Positions 8,346 to 18,200 of a DNA stretch of 37,858 bases are shown here, in pieces. The notes under the pieces were generated by a model that was not told the DNA's origin, ran no database searches, and worked only from the letters and a program-made list of their open reading frames with translations. The stretch spans positions 1 to 37,858 of the forward strand of contig JAYZBQ010000081.1 of NCBI GenBank assembly GCA_036338695.1, written 5' to 3'. The position numbers and the translations under genes were made by a program. This stretch comes from Myxococcota bacterium. GTDB lineage: Bacteria; Myxococcota; UBA4151. How positions within the stretch are numbered: the first letter of the stretch is position 1; each line of letters starts with the position of its first letter.

Positions 8346-11255
8346 ATGCGCACGCTCCTCCTCTTTTGTTTCTTCGCCTCCGGCGCAGCTGGGCTGATCT
8401 TTGAGGTCATCTGGTCGCGCCTGTTGGGGCATGTGTTCGGTGCGACCAGCCTCGCTGTTGCCACGACGCTGAGCGCCTTTATGGGCGGGCTGGCGATTGG
8501 CGCACTCCTCATTGCGCGGCACATGCACCGGGTGCGCCGGCCGGCGCTCTGGTATGCAGGGTTCGAGGCGCTCATCGCCGTCTACGGGCTCGCGATTCCG
8601 CACCTTTTGGGTCTGGCGGATTGGGTCCAAGCAAACTTTTGGCCTGGAGACGGCAGCTCGTTCTTCTTGTACTCAACGATCCGGCTGGTGGTCGCGCTGG
8701 TGATCCTGCTGCCGCCTTCGGCGCTGATGGGCGCCACGCTGCCTCTGCTCACCGAGGCGGTCGCCCGCGGGGGCTGGGCGCCCGGACGAACGGTCGGCGT
8801 GCTGTATGCTGCGAACACGCTCGGCGCCGTTTTTGGTGCTGCGTTGGTCGGCTTTGTCCTGATCCCGCAGCTTGGCGTGCGTTCGGCGAACTTTGTGGCG
8901 GTGGCGATCGACCTGATCATTGCGATCGTCTTGACGCTGGCGGCGTTGCGCGTCGGTCAGGTCGGCGGCGACCAGGCTGAGCCTGCCCTCGAAGCTGCCG
9001 CGGCGGGGACGCCGCTTGAGCGGGGGCGCTTGTTGCTTGCGGTGGTTGCGATCAGCGGCGGCTTATCCATGGCGATGCAGGTGCTCTGGACGCGCGGGAT
9101 GTCGGTCGTGTTGGGTTCGTCGACCTACGCATTTACCATTATTCTTGTGGTGTTCCTTACGGGATTAGCCGGCGGAGCGTGGGTCGCAGGGCGCTTTGTC
9201 GATGCCGACGATAAGCCTGTTTTTCGTCTCGGTTTAATCCTTGCGCTCGCTGGCCTGTTCGGTTTCGCCGGCAGCAGCTTCATCGATGACCTACCGCATA
9301 CGCTGCAGGGCTTCGTCGTGCGACCGGACCTGACGATCACCGGCTTGTTATCCGTCGAGCTGTTACTGTGTGGTGTGGTCATGGCGCCGGCGACGCTCCT
9401 GCTCGGCGCGGTGTTTCCGTACGTCGTTCGAGGCTTGGCGGCGAGCGGCGGGCTCGGCGACTTAGTGGGCAGAGCCTACGGCGCAAACACCATCGGCGCC
9501 ATCGTCGGCTCGCTCCTTGGTGCCTTCGTTCTGATCCCCTTATTGACTGTCTATAAGGGCTTGGTCGCGCTGCATTGCGCGCAGGTGCTGCTCGGTACCC
9601 TGCTCATCGCCACCGCCGGGGCGCACGCGCTGGACCGTGAGCGTCGGATCAGCTGGGTGATGAGCTTGGTGGCGCTGAGCGTCTGCCTGTGGATGGTGCC
9701 AGGGTGGAACATCTCGAAGTGGTCGCTTGGGATGTTCCGGGTCAGCGTGGCGCGCGCCTACGGCGCCGACGCAGCGGAAGCCTTCGGTCGCCTCATCTAC
9801 CACGCAGACGGGCTCGCAACGACCGTGACCGTCGAGCGCAACGACGACGTGACCTTGCTCAAGGTCAACGGCAAAGTCGACGCGTCGAGTCATGGCGATA
9901 TGCCAACTCAGGTGCTGAGCGGTCTGCTGCCCATCGCCTTACACCCTGACCCCAAGGATGTCGCGGTGATTGGCTGGGGGAGCGGGGTCACGCCGGGTGC
10001 TGTGCTCGCTGCCCCTGTCGAGCGTCTCGATCTGATCGAGCTGGAGAAAGAGGTCGTCTACGCCGGGCGTTTCTTCGCCGACGTCAACGGCGAGCCCGAA
10101 AAGGACCCTCGGACCCGGATCATCTACGACGACGGTCGCAATTTTATGAAGGCGACCAAGCGTCGCTATGACGTGATCATCTCCGAGCCCAGCAATCCAT
10201 GGATCTCAGGCGCCTCGGCGCTGTTCACGCGCGAGTTCTTCGAGATCCTCAAAGGACGGCTCAAGCCCGACGGGCTAAGCCTTCAATGGATCCAGCTCTA
10301 CGAGCTCTCCAGCCGCTCGATCAAAGCGCTCTGGCGGTCCTACGCCTCGACCTTCAAGCACGCGTTGGTGGTCCAAGCGCACCCGACGAGCAACGACATC
10401 TTCCTCATCGGCTCCGATAAGCCGCTGGTACTGGATCGAGCCCGCGTGCTGGAGCTCATGGGTCACCAGCCGGCGGCCGAGCGCTTTGCGCAAGCCAAGG
10501 TGCTCTCCGACGTCGACCTCCTGCCGCGGCTGGTTTTTGGTATGAAGGAGCTGCGTGCATGGGTCGGCGAGGGACCGCTCAACACCGATGACAACGCGCT
10601 GGTTGAGTTTGAGGGGCCGCTCGATCTCCTACGCTATGCCAGCCGCGGCGCCGAGTTGCCTTTCTTTGAGGCGGTCAAAGGGAAGCGACACGAAGCGATC
10701 GCCCGCTACACCAAGGGATGGGGGGCATCGACGAACGCATCGGTGGCGTGGGGGATGACCCGAGCCGGATGGTTCAGCGATGCGCGTCAGGCGCTGGCGT
10801 CGCTGACCCAACCCGACCCAGAGCTCAAGTTCGTGCTGGACCGTTTTGAGGAGCTGGACCAGCGTCAGGTCTGGGATGAAGAGGCGGCGCGAGCCGATGC
10901 GGACTATCGTCAGATTGGGGGCTTGATGATCGATTCGGGACCCCGTCACGCCGAGAGCGCCTTGCTCGACCAAGACGGCTTTATCGATCGCAGCTCGGCG
11001 CATGCCTTCCTCGCTGGCTACATCCTCCTGCACGCCGGCGAGCCGAACCTAGCCGTTCAGGTCCTGCAGCGCGCCGCCGGGGACGCAGCGTACCGAGAGG
11101 AGAACCCGTCGTTGGTGTATTATCTGGCTCGGGCGCTCGTGGAGGACGGCCAGATCCCAGAGGGGGTGCAGATCATGCGGACGCTCTACGAGGAAGAGCG
11201 CGCCGCCAGCGATCAACCCACGTCGATCCGCGGCGCTTCAGGATCGGGACGGTAA
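8346..11255 (+). CDS. Fused multi-pass membrane domain / spermidine synthase-like protein with TPR-like tail
   Basis: FFASGAAGLIFEVIWSR, LMGATLP, LYAANTLGA and AYGANTIGA membrane motifs; catalytic-domain motifs VIGWGSGVT, DGRNF, YDVIISEPSNPW, NTDDN. Confidence 0.88.
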   Translation: MRTLLLFCFFASGAAGLIFEVIWSRLLGHVFGATSLAVATTLSAFMGGLAIGALLIARHMHRVRRPALWYAGFEALIAVYGLAIPHLLGLADWVQANFWPGDGSSFFLYSTIRLVVALVILLPPSALMGATLPLLTEAVARGGWAPGRTVGVLYAANTLGAVFGAALVGFVLIPQLGVRSANFVAVAIDLIIAIVLTLAALRVGQVGGDQAEPALEAAAAGTPLERGRLLLAVVAISGGLSMAMQVLWTRGMSVVLGSSTYAFTIILVVFLTGLAGGAWVAGRFVDADDKPVFRLGLILALAGLFGFAGSSFIDDLPHTLQGFVVRPDLTITGLLSVELLLCGVVMAPATLLLGAVFPYVVRGLAASGGLGDLVGRAYGANTIGAIVGSLLGAFVLIPLLTVYKGLVALHCAQVLLGTLLIATAGAHALDRERRISWVMSLVALSVCLWMVPGWNISKWSLGMFRVSVARAYGADAAEAFGRLIYHADGLATTVTVERNDDVTLLKVNGKVDASSHGDMPTQVLSGLLPIALHPDPKDVAVIGWGSGVTPGAVLAAPVERLDLIELEKEVVYAGRFFADVNGEPEKDPRTRIIYDDGRNFMKATKRRYDVIISEPSNPWISGASALFTREFFEILKGRLKPDGLSLQWIQLYELSSRSIKALWRSYASTFKHALVVQAHPTSNDIFLIGSDKPLVLDRARVLELMGHQPAAERFAQAKVLSDVDLLPRLVFGMKELRAWVGEGPLNTDDNALVEFEGPLDLLRYASRGAELPFFEAVKGKRHEAIARYTKGWGASTNASVAWGMTRAGWFSDARQALASLTQPDPELKFVLDRFEELDQRQVWDEEAARADADYRQIGGLMIDSGPRHAESALLDQDGFIDRSSAHAFLAGYILLHAGEPNLAVQVLQRAAGDAAYREENPSLVYYLARALVEDGQIPEGVQIMRTLYEEERAASDQPTSIRGASGSGR

Positions 11256-11506
11256 AGGATCCAAACCCGGCCGATCACACCTACGAGATCGCTGCCGCTG
11301 AGTTCTGCCAGCTCTGCTGCGCCCGCTTTTCGGTCCACGTCGCTTCCTTGACCCACCTTGACCTTGATCAGCTCATGAGCCGCTAGCGCCTTGTCCACTG
11401 AGTCAACCACGCCCGGTGTGAGTCCTGAGGCGCCGACCTGAACGCTTACGCTCAAACCATGCGCTAACCCTTTGAGGCGTTGCCGTTGGCGGGTGGATAG
11501 GCTCAT
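11213..11506 (-). CDS. yhbY: YhbY family (CRM domain) RNA-binding protein
   Basis: MSLSTRQRQRLKGLAHGL...VQVGASGLT...ALAAHELIKVKV...IGRVWILYR; ATG at 11506, 1 nt after the upstream stop codon. Confidence 0.92.
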   Translation of the reverse strand: MSLSTRQRQRLKGLAHGLSVSVQVGASGLTPGVVDSVDKALAAHELIKVKVGQGSDVDRKAGAAELAELSGSDLVGVIGRVWILYRPDPEAPRIDVG

Positions 11507-11507
11507 T

Positions 11508-12770
11508 TTAGTCGATCTTCCATTGCATGACCTCGTCGGTCGATCCGCCCAGCCGCTGCGCTTGCTGAGCGAAGACGCGCGCCAGCGCTTCGTTGTCGGC
11601 GCCGTGGTAGATGCGGGAGAGCAGCAAGGGACCGAGGTGGTCACTCGGATGCGCCTCGGTGAACTCTTGGAGTCCCGCCAACGCAGCCGACATGGCGGCG
11701 CCCGGGTCCATGCTGCGGGGGTGATTGGCGGCGAGGTAGTCGGTCAACACCTTGCGCTGCGCCTCGCTGACGGTGAGGCGGTCGAGCATGGTCTCAGCGT
11801 CCGTCAAAAGGCGACTATCGATCGCATCGAGGAAGAGCGCTACGCTCGCGTCGCTGCGTCCGAGCGCAGGAGCCGGCTCGCTGGGTCCTGGCGCCTCGTG
11901 GCTAGGGCTTGCGGGCGCCGGCTCAGGCGCCGCCTTGACGGTCGGCATGGCGAGGCGCTCACTCCGTGGGGGTGGCTGGCTCGGTTGCGCGGTCGTCCGC
12001 TCCATTGGGGGCGCGCCGACGCGTACGCGCTCGACGGGCGCAGGGGTGCTCATCGGAGGAGCTTGCGGTGAGCTGCTAGGAGCCGCGCTTGGCTCGGCCT
12101 CCATCAACATGCCGGCTCCGACGAGGGTCAGGACGGTGGCGCGTGCGACCAAAGCGTCTGCGCCGGCCCCTCCGTGCTTGATCCCTTCGACCGAATCCAG
12201 ACGAATGACTCGGGTGAATTGCTTAGCGACGCTCAGCGCCTCGCGGTCCAGCTGCAGCCCTGCCACCGGCACCTTCGGGTTCCGGTTGAGACGGTAGGCT
12301 TTGTCGAGCATGGCGCTGACGGCGCTTCCGAGCCGCTCGGGCGGCTGAAGACGCAGCGCCACGTAAGGCAGCGCCAAGGCGTCGACACCCAAGGTCGTAC
12401 TCCCGGGCGGTGCCAGGTCGCTAAAGTCCGCGCGTGAGGCCTCAAGGCAGAGCAAGCGCCCGATCTCGTGGAGCGCATGCTTGCGCTTTAGTTTGAGCAG
12501 CTCGGCTGAGCCGCCGACCACCTCGCTGAGCGCCTGATCGATCTCACGACCGCTTCGCTGAAAGCTCCGCAGGATCGAGAGGTTCGATTCGGAGATGGCG
12601 CCGATGTCGGCTAGGAAGCTCAGGAGGTCATGGTCGGGTGAGGGCGCCTCGAACAGCGCAAGCTCACCCCCCCGAAATCCCAGCTGCCACGCCTGGTCGT
12701 CCACCTGGATACGCCACTGTCCGGTGACCGTAGGGCTGGCAAAGCTGTAATAATCCGCTATCAGTTGCAC
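11508..12770 (-). CDS. DUF4388/PATAN-like domain protein with Pro-rich linker and C-terminal helical (TPR-like) domain
   Basis: GTG at 12770 preceded by GAGGT; TGQWRIQ...LGFRGGELALF resembles the DUF4388 core; PSAAPSSSPQAPP linker. Confidence 0.7.
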   Translation of the reverse strand: MQLIADYYSFASPTVTGQWRIQVDDQAWQLGFRGGELALFEAPSPDHDLLSFLADIGAISESNLSILRSFQRSGREIDQALSEVVGGSAELLKLKRKHALHEIGRLLCLEASRADFSDLAPPGSTTLGVDALALPYVALRLQPPERLGSAVSAMLDKAYRLNRNPKVPVAGLQLDREALSVAKQFTRVIRLDSVEGIKHGGAGADALVARATVLTLVGAGMLMEAEPSAAPSSSPQAPPMSTPAPVERVRVGAPPMERTTAQPSQPPPRSERLAMPTVKAAPEPAPASPSHEAPGPSEPAPALGRSDASVALFLDAIDSRLLTDAETMLDRLTVSEAQRKVLTDYLAANHPRSMDPGAAMSAALAGLQEFTEAHPSDHLGPLLLSRIYHGADNEALARVFAQQAQRLGGSTDEVMQWKID

Positions 12771-12843
12771 AGCAGACCTCGAATTGTACTTCGCCACAGT
12801 ATATCGAAGATATGAGTCGAGCAAAAATAAGACGGAGGCCTTT

Positions 12844-14244
12844 GTGGTCCAGATCGTGGCGCATGGCGCAACAGATGTCGGTCAGAAGCGTGATCACAAC
12901 GAGGATCGCTTCGTGTGCGACACGGAGCTCGGCCTCTATGTCGTTTGTGACGGTATGGGTGGCCACGCCGCCGGTGAGGTCGCCGCCGAGATGGTCTGCG
13001 ACGCGTTGGTGAAGGCGATCAAGGAGGCTCGAAGCGAGCCAGCGCTCGAGGACGCTGAGCGCGAGAGTGAGCGCCTCGGTGACGCCCTTGAGCAAGCCAT
13101 GCAGGCGGCGAACAAAGCGGTTCACGACTACGGGCAGAGCAAGGGACACAGCCGAGGCATGGGTACGACGGCCACCGCCGTTGTGGTCCATCAAGCCTAC
13201 GCCACGGTCTGCCACGTCGGCGACTCGCGTTGCTACCTTGTGCGCGACAATCGCCTCTACCAGTTGTCCGATGACCACAGCTGGGTCGCCGAGATGGTGC
13301 GACTTGGCCGCATGACCGAGGCGGAGGCGCAACGCAGCCCGCAGCGTAACCTTTTGGTCCGCTCGGTGGGTACTCAGCCGGTCGTCAAAGTCGATCGGCT
13401 CCCGATCGAGTTGGTCGATGGCGACTCGATGCTGGTCTGCTCGGATGGGCTGCACTCGTACTTTGCCACCCCGAGCGAGCTCGTTGAGACCGTCGGGCGC
13501 GGCAACGTGGAGCAGCTTCCTCGGGATCTGGTCTCGCTGGCGTGCAGCCGTGGCGGTCACGATAACATCTCAGCGGTTGTCATGCGCAGGGCGAGCGCCG
13601 GGGGTCCGGTTGCGGACGCACGGGACGCAAAGCAAGAGCTTGCGCTGCTCGGCCAGCTCGACCTGTTCGCTCAGTTCGAGCTGGCGGAGCTGGTGCGTAT
13701 TCGCGGCGCGTCCTCATCGATCAGCTTCGCGGACGGCGAGTACGTGACCCGCATTGGCGAAGTCGGCGATGCGCTCTACGTCTTGGTGACCGGGAAAGCC
13801 GTTGTCACGGCGCAAGAGGAGGTCCTGACGACGCTTCAGACCGGCGCCCACGTCGGCGAGATGGCGATGGTGGACGCACAGCCCCGGTCGGCGTCGGTGA
13901 TCTCGATGGGTGAGAGTCGTTGGCTGCGCGTGGCGCGCCAAGACATCTTCCGCATCGTCCGACAGCATCCTGAGCTGGCAGTCAAACTGCTCTGGAACCT
14001 GGTCCGGGTCTTGTCGGATCGCCTCCGCCGCACGAACGTATCGCTGCAGAGCCGGGGCGAGCAGCTGCGTGACCTGATGCAGCAGCTCGATGACATCGAG
14101 GTGGCGGTTGACGATCCGATCCTTGAGGACCCGGATGGGCTGATCATGGTCGATGAGGTCCTCGAGGGCGACCCTGAGGTGAAGATCGAGCGGACCAAAG
14201 GTGGCAGCATCGATATCCTTCTGGACATCACCGAAGGTCAGTGA
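12844..14244 (+). CDS. PP2C/PPM Ser/Thr phosphatase fused to a cyclic-nucleotide-binding domain
   Basis: GGAGG at 12834-12838 before GTG; TDVGQKRDHNED, CDGMGGH, GMGTT, HVGDSR, CSDGL, GGHDN; cNMP phosphate-binding cassette VGEMAMVDAQPRSAS. Confidence 0.92.
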   Translation: MVQIVAHGATDVGQKRDHNEDRFVCDTELGLYVVCDGMGGHAAGEVAAEMVCDALVKAIKEARSEPALEDAERESERLGDALEQAMQAANKAVHDYGQSKGHSRGMGTTATAVVVHQAYATVCHVGDSRCYLVRDNRLYQLSDDHSWVAEMVRLGRMTEAEAQRSPQRNLLVRSVGTQPVVKVDRLPIELVDGDSMLVCSDGLHSYFATPSELVETVGRGNVEQLPRDLVSLACSRGGHDNISAVVMRRASAGGPVADARDAKQELALLGQLDLFAQFELAELVRIRGASSSISFADGEYVTRIGEVGDALYVLVTGKAVVTAQEEVLTTLQTGAHVGEMAMVDAQPRSASVISMGESRWLRVARQDIFRIVRQHPELAVKLLWNLVRVLSDRLRRTNVSLQSRGEQLRDLMQQLDDIEVAVDDPILEDPDGLIMVDEVLEGDPEVKIERTKGGSIDILLDITEGQ

Positions 14245-15146
14245 TGGTCGATGACTTCGGGGAAGTAACGCGGATCTCTCGGTCGAGCTCCAACCTGGCT
14301 GCCGTACCCAACGCCGGACAGGTCTGTCTCGTCCAGATTCATGGACCCGAGATGGGTCGGCTCTACGACATCGGCCCGGGCGGCGCAGAGATGGGGCGCG
14401 GAGAGGGCGCTGAGATCTCGATCGCCAGCGACACCGTGAGCCGGCGCCACGCCAAGCTCGTTTGGCTCGGCGAGACGCTGACGGTCAATGACCTCGGTTC
14501 GCTCAACGGCACCTATCTCGATGACCGGCGAGTGACCTCACCGACTCCGGTTCACCCTGGGCAGCTGCTCCGCCTCGGCTCGGTGATCTACAAAACCTTG
14601 CAGGGCGCCGACCTCGAGCGCCGCTACCATGAAGAGATCTACCGGATGGCCATCTTCGACGGCCTCACCAACATCCATAATAAGCGATTTTTTATGGAGT
14701 TCTTGGAGCGTGAACATCAGCGCGCCATCCGGCATAAGCGCCCCTTGTCGTTGCTGATGATCGACGTGGATCACTTCAAGCAGGCGAATGATGAGCACGG
14801 TCACATCAACGGGGATCGGCTTTTGCGCCAGGTGGCGAGCCGGATGCGCGGCTTCGTTCGCCGAGATGAGTGCTTTGCGCGCTATGGCGGCGAGGAATTC
14901 GGCATGATCCTACCGGAGACGGGGCTGAGCGGCGCTCAGTCGCTCGCCGAGAAGGTGCGCCGGGTGATCCGCGACACGCCAATGGACCTCCAGGATGGCA
15001 GCGCAGTGCGTATGACGATCAGCATTGGCGGGGCAGAACTGCTGCCCACCGACACCGTGTTTGGGCTCATCGGGCGCGCCGATGAGGCGCTGTATGCAGC
15101 CAAGACCAACGGGCGCGATCGGGTCGAGCTCGCGTCGATCGGTTAG
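14241..15146 (+). CDS. FHA-domain diguanylate cyclase (FHA-GGDEF)
   Basis: FHA motifs MGRG, VSRRHA, DLGSLNGT; DGLT, DVDHFK, GD, RYGGEEF, RADEALYAAK. Start overlaps the upstream stop (GTGATG); it could be 14244. Confidence 0.92.
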   Translation: MMVDDFGEVTRISRSSSNLAAVPNAGQVCLVQIHGPEMGRLYDIGPGGAEMGRGEGAEISIASDTVSRRHAKLVWLGETLTVNDLGSLNGTYLDDRRVTSPTPVHPGQLLRLGSVIYKTLQGADLERRYHEEIYRMAIFDGLTNIHNKRFFMEFLEREHQRAIRHKRPLSLLMIDVDHFKQANDEHGHINGDRLLRQVASRMRGFVRRDECFARYGGEEFGMILPETGLSGAQSLAEKVRRVIRDTPMDLQDGSAVRMTISIGGAELLPTDTVFGLIGRADEALYAAKTNGRDRVELASIG

Positions 15147-15228
15147 GAGGCGTCGGACATTTGCCCTAAGGGCGGCAACTGTGCGATTCACCGGTCGATA
15201 AGCAAACCGTACAGCACGGAGATCGCCC

Positions 15229-18200
15229 ATGACGCGCGTGAAAAATGGCCCCCCCGCCCAGCCACCGATCAAAGACGAGCGGATCGTCTCCCGCCAGGGT
15301 GACGGGTCGACCCGTGATCGAGCCGAGTATGACAATGGGCGTGTGCGTTACGACTGGGACAACTACACCGACGCTCAGGGCGACCACCGCGGGCGCATCG
15401 GGCTTGGACACGACGACGGCACCAACGACATCTATGGACGCGTCGACTACAACGAAGACACCGGGCACCTAAAGGGCACGATCAAAGGCGAGCGGCACGT
15501 CAACGAGCACCTCGATGTGCGCGGCACGTACGGCCGGTATGGCGACGGCGATCAGTTCGGTGAAGTCGGCGCCACGCTCAAGAACAAGGAGGGGCGTCTT
15601 GACGTTGATTTGGGCGCCAATGAGCGGACGAATCGACGCTTCGGTAAGCTCAAGGGGCGTTACAAGGTCGGCGACAACACCACCGTACGCGGCGCCTACA
15701 ACCGATCAATCAAGACCACGAAGCGTGACGGCGACGTCACGACCAACACCTGGAACGTGGGGGCGCGGCATCGTCTGGGCACCGGACATCACGTGGACGG
15801 TGAGGTCGGACGCAGCAAGACGCTCGGTCGCTACGCACGCGGCGAGTGGTTGCGTAAGCACACGGGCGGTGAGGTCCGGGATCGGCTGCGTGTCGAGAAC
15901 TCGGAAAAGCGCGGTTTGAACGCATCCTACGAGGGGCACCAGAAGTTTGATAAGGGCTACCTGAAAGAGGACATCACCTACAACGAAGGCCGCCTTCAGG
16001 GGTCAGTGCGAGGGCGCCGTGAGACCGACGGCGGACACCTCAAAGGGAGCACGAATTTTGACCGGCGCGCCGATGGTCGCTGGAGCGGCGATGTGTCGGG
16101 CGAGGTCAAGGAGGGGGCGAACACCTTTGGTGGGCGTCTTCGCAAGGACCTCTCGGGTACCAAGAAGGCGCGCCTTTCGGTTGGTCGAGAGCTCTCGGAG
16201 ACTTTGGACGCCAAGCTGACCGGGAATGTGGACTCGAAGGGGCGCTGGGACGTCACGGGCGACCTCGATAAGCGCCTGGGCAATGAGTACCGCATCCGAG
16301 AGCGCTTCCGAATCGATTCGGAAGGGAACCGAAGCTACACGCACCGGCTCGACAAGGGCTTTTCGGAGCACAAAGCCCGGGTTGGCGCTGAGTTCAGCCA
16401 CAACTCCGAGGGCATGCGCCGCTTTGAGGTGGACGGGGGCATCACCTCCGAAGCCGGGCGCCGCCACACCGGCAGCGTCATGTATCTGCGCGACGCAGAC
16501 GGTGAGCGCTCGGGCAGGGTCTCGTACGACTACAACGGGCGCGATGGCTTTCGTGCCGGAGCAGACGTCGGATTTGAAGGCGATGAGCGCACCATCGCAG
16601 CGGATTTTCGTCGCAACGCCGAGACCGGGCGAGGGTATGACGCGGGCGGCGTGAACTGGTCGAGCGAGCGTGGCTTATCGGCGAGCGGGTCGGTCTCTCG
16701 CCAGATCGACGAGGACACCAGCTTGAGCGGCACGGCGAGCCGAAACATGCGCTCGGGCGATGTCTCGGCGCGTGGCGAGGTCACGACGCGTTTAGGTGAC
16801 GAGAAAGACATCCGGATGACGCTGGGCGCCAAGGCGTCCACCAAGAACGACCTGCGCGGCTTGGACCTGGGCGTGGTCAAATCAGCGACCGCCGACAAGA
16901 CCGGCTTTACAGCGAAGGCGGGCTATGAGGTCGATGACCGCCGCGAAGCCTTGGACCTTGGCGGGTCGCTCACCTCGAAAAAGCTTTTTGGTTTGGGCGA
17001 GAGCACGACCGCTGGGCTGGGTGGCGGCGTACAGGTCACCAAGCGCACCAAAGTCGGCGCCGAGCGCGGCGAGATCGGGCGTCTACGCGCCGAGGCGCTT
17101 GAGGGCGCAGGTGATCAGGCAGCCTTCGTGCGTTATGGCATGAAGTCGAACGCCAAGGTGGACCTGGGCGTCAAGGTGCCTGTGGGCGTCGGCTACGTGG
17201 ACACTGGCTTTAAGCGTGGCTCAAGCTACGAGGTGGAGTGGACTCGCCTCGAGGACAACCCCGAGCTCGGCTCGAAGCCCTCGACGTCTGACCTCTCCAT
17301 CCCCGGTGATGGCGACGCCCTGCTTGCGATGAAAGCCGGTGAGAGTTTTGCGGTCAAAGGTTCGACCTCCCATGCCGTACGCGGCGGGGCAGGGCTTGGG
17401 ACGAGCGTGGGCGCCTCCTCGGTGGGTGATATTGGCCTGCGTGCGGGTGGTAAGATGACCTACGCGTTGTCGGGTGAGACCCGCACCGAGGTGACGCGCG
17501 GTGGGGACAACAGCGCCCGCATGGTGGTCAAGGCTGCTGACTTTAAGACCCGCGGCGGTGGGATTGAGGTCTTCGCAGGGCTGAACCCGAACCTGCCGCA
17601 GATTCCGAACGCCGGACCGGTGGGTGACGTAGCGACCGGGCTGGCGCAGGGGATGATCAAGAAGTGGGTCAGCGTCGGCGCGTCCAAGACGAGCGAGAAG
17701 TCGACCGGCGACGAGCGGCTGCTCGATGCGCGTATCGATCTGTCTCATGACGAGGCGCGCACCGCCTACACCGCCGCCATGAAAGGCGACTGGTCGGAGC
17801 TTGAGGCGCTGAGCGAGGCGGGACACCCGGGCGTTCAGATCGACAAGTCGATCGTGAGCGAGATCAAAGAAGAGACGGACCGGCTTAACGTCGCCGGGCT
17901 TGGGATGAGCTATGACCGCACCGGCGGTGAGCGCCTCAAGAGCAGTGACGTCGTGGACAAAGGGCGCAGCTTTGAGGTCGAGAGCGACCTCGACACCAAC
18001 GCCGTCAAGAAGGACGGCTGGTTCGTCGACAAAGACTTCCAGGTTCATGATTTTAGCCGCGACATCAGCGCCAAAGACGGCGAGAGTCTCGGGCGCCGCA
18101 AAGCGGAAGAGCGCTGGCTTGGTTGGTCGAGCGCTAAGACCGACAGCTTCAGCTCCAAGGAAGAGGTCCAAGGACAGCTGGCGCTGGCGCGGTTTGTCGC

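Noticed and set aside
11507..11644. N-terminal extension of YhbY in the ORF track
   Set aside because: It overlaps the upstream gene in another frame; the YhbY domain begins at ATG 11506.
12771..12843. Apparent head-to-head overlap of ORFs 11508-12824 (-) and 12784-14244 (+)
   Set aside because: RBS-supported GTG starts at 12770 and 12844 remove the overlap and leave an AT-rich divergent spacer.
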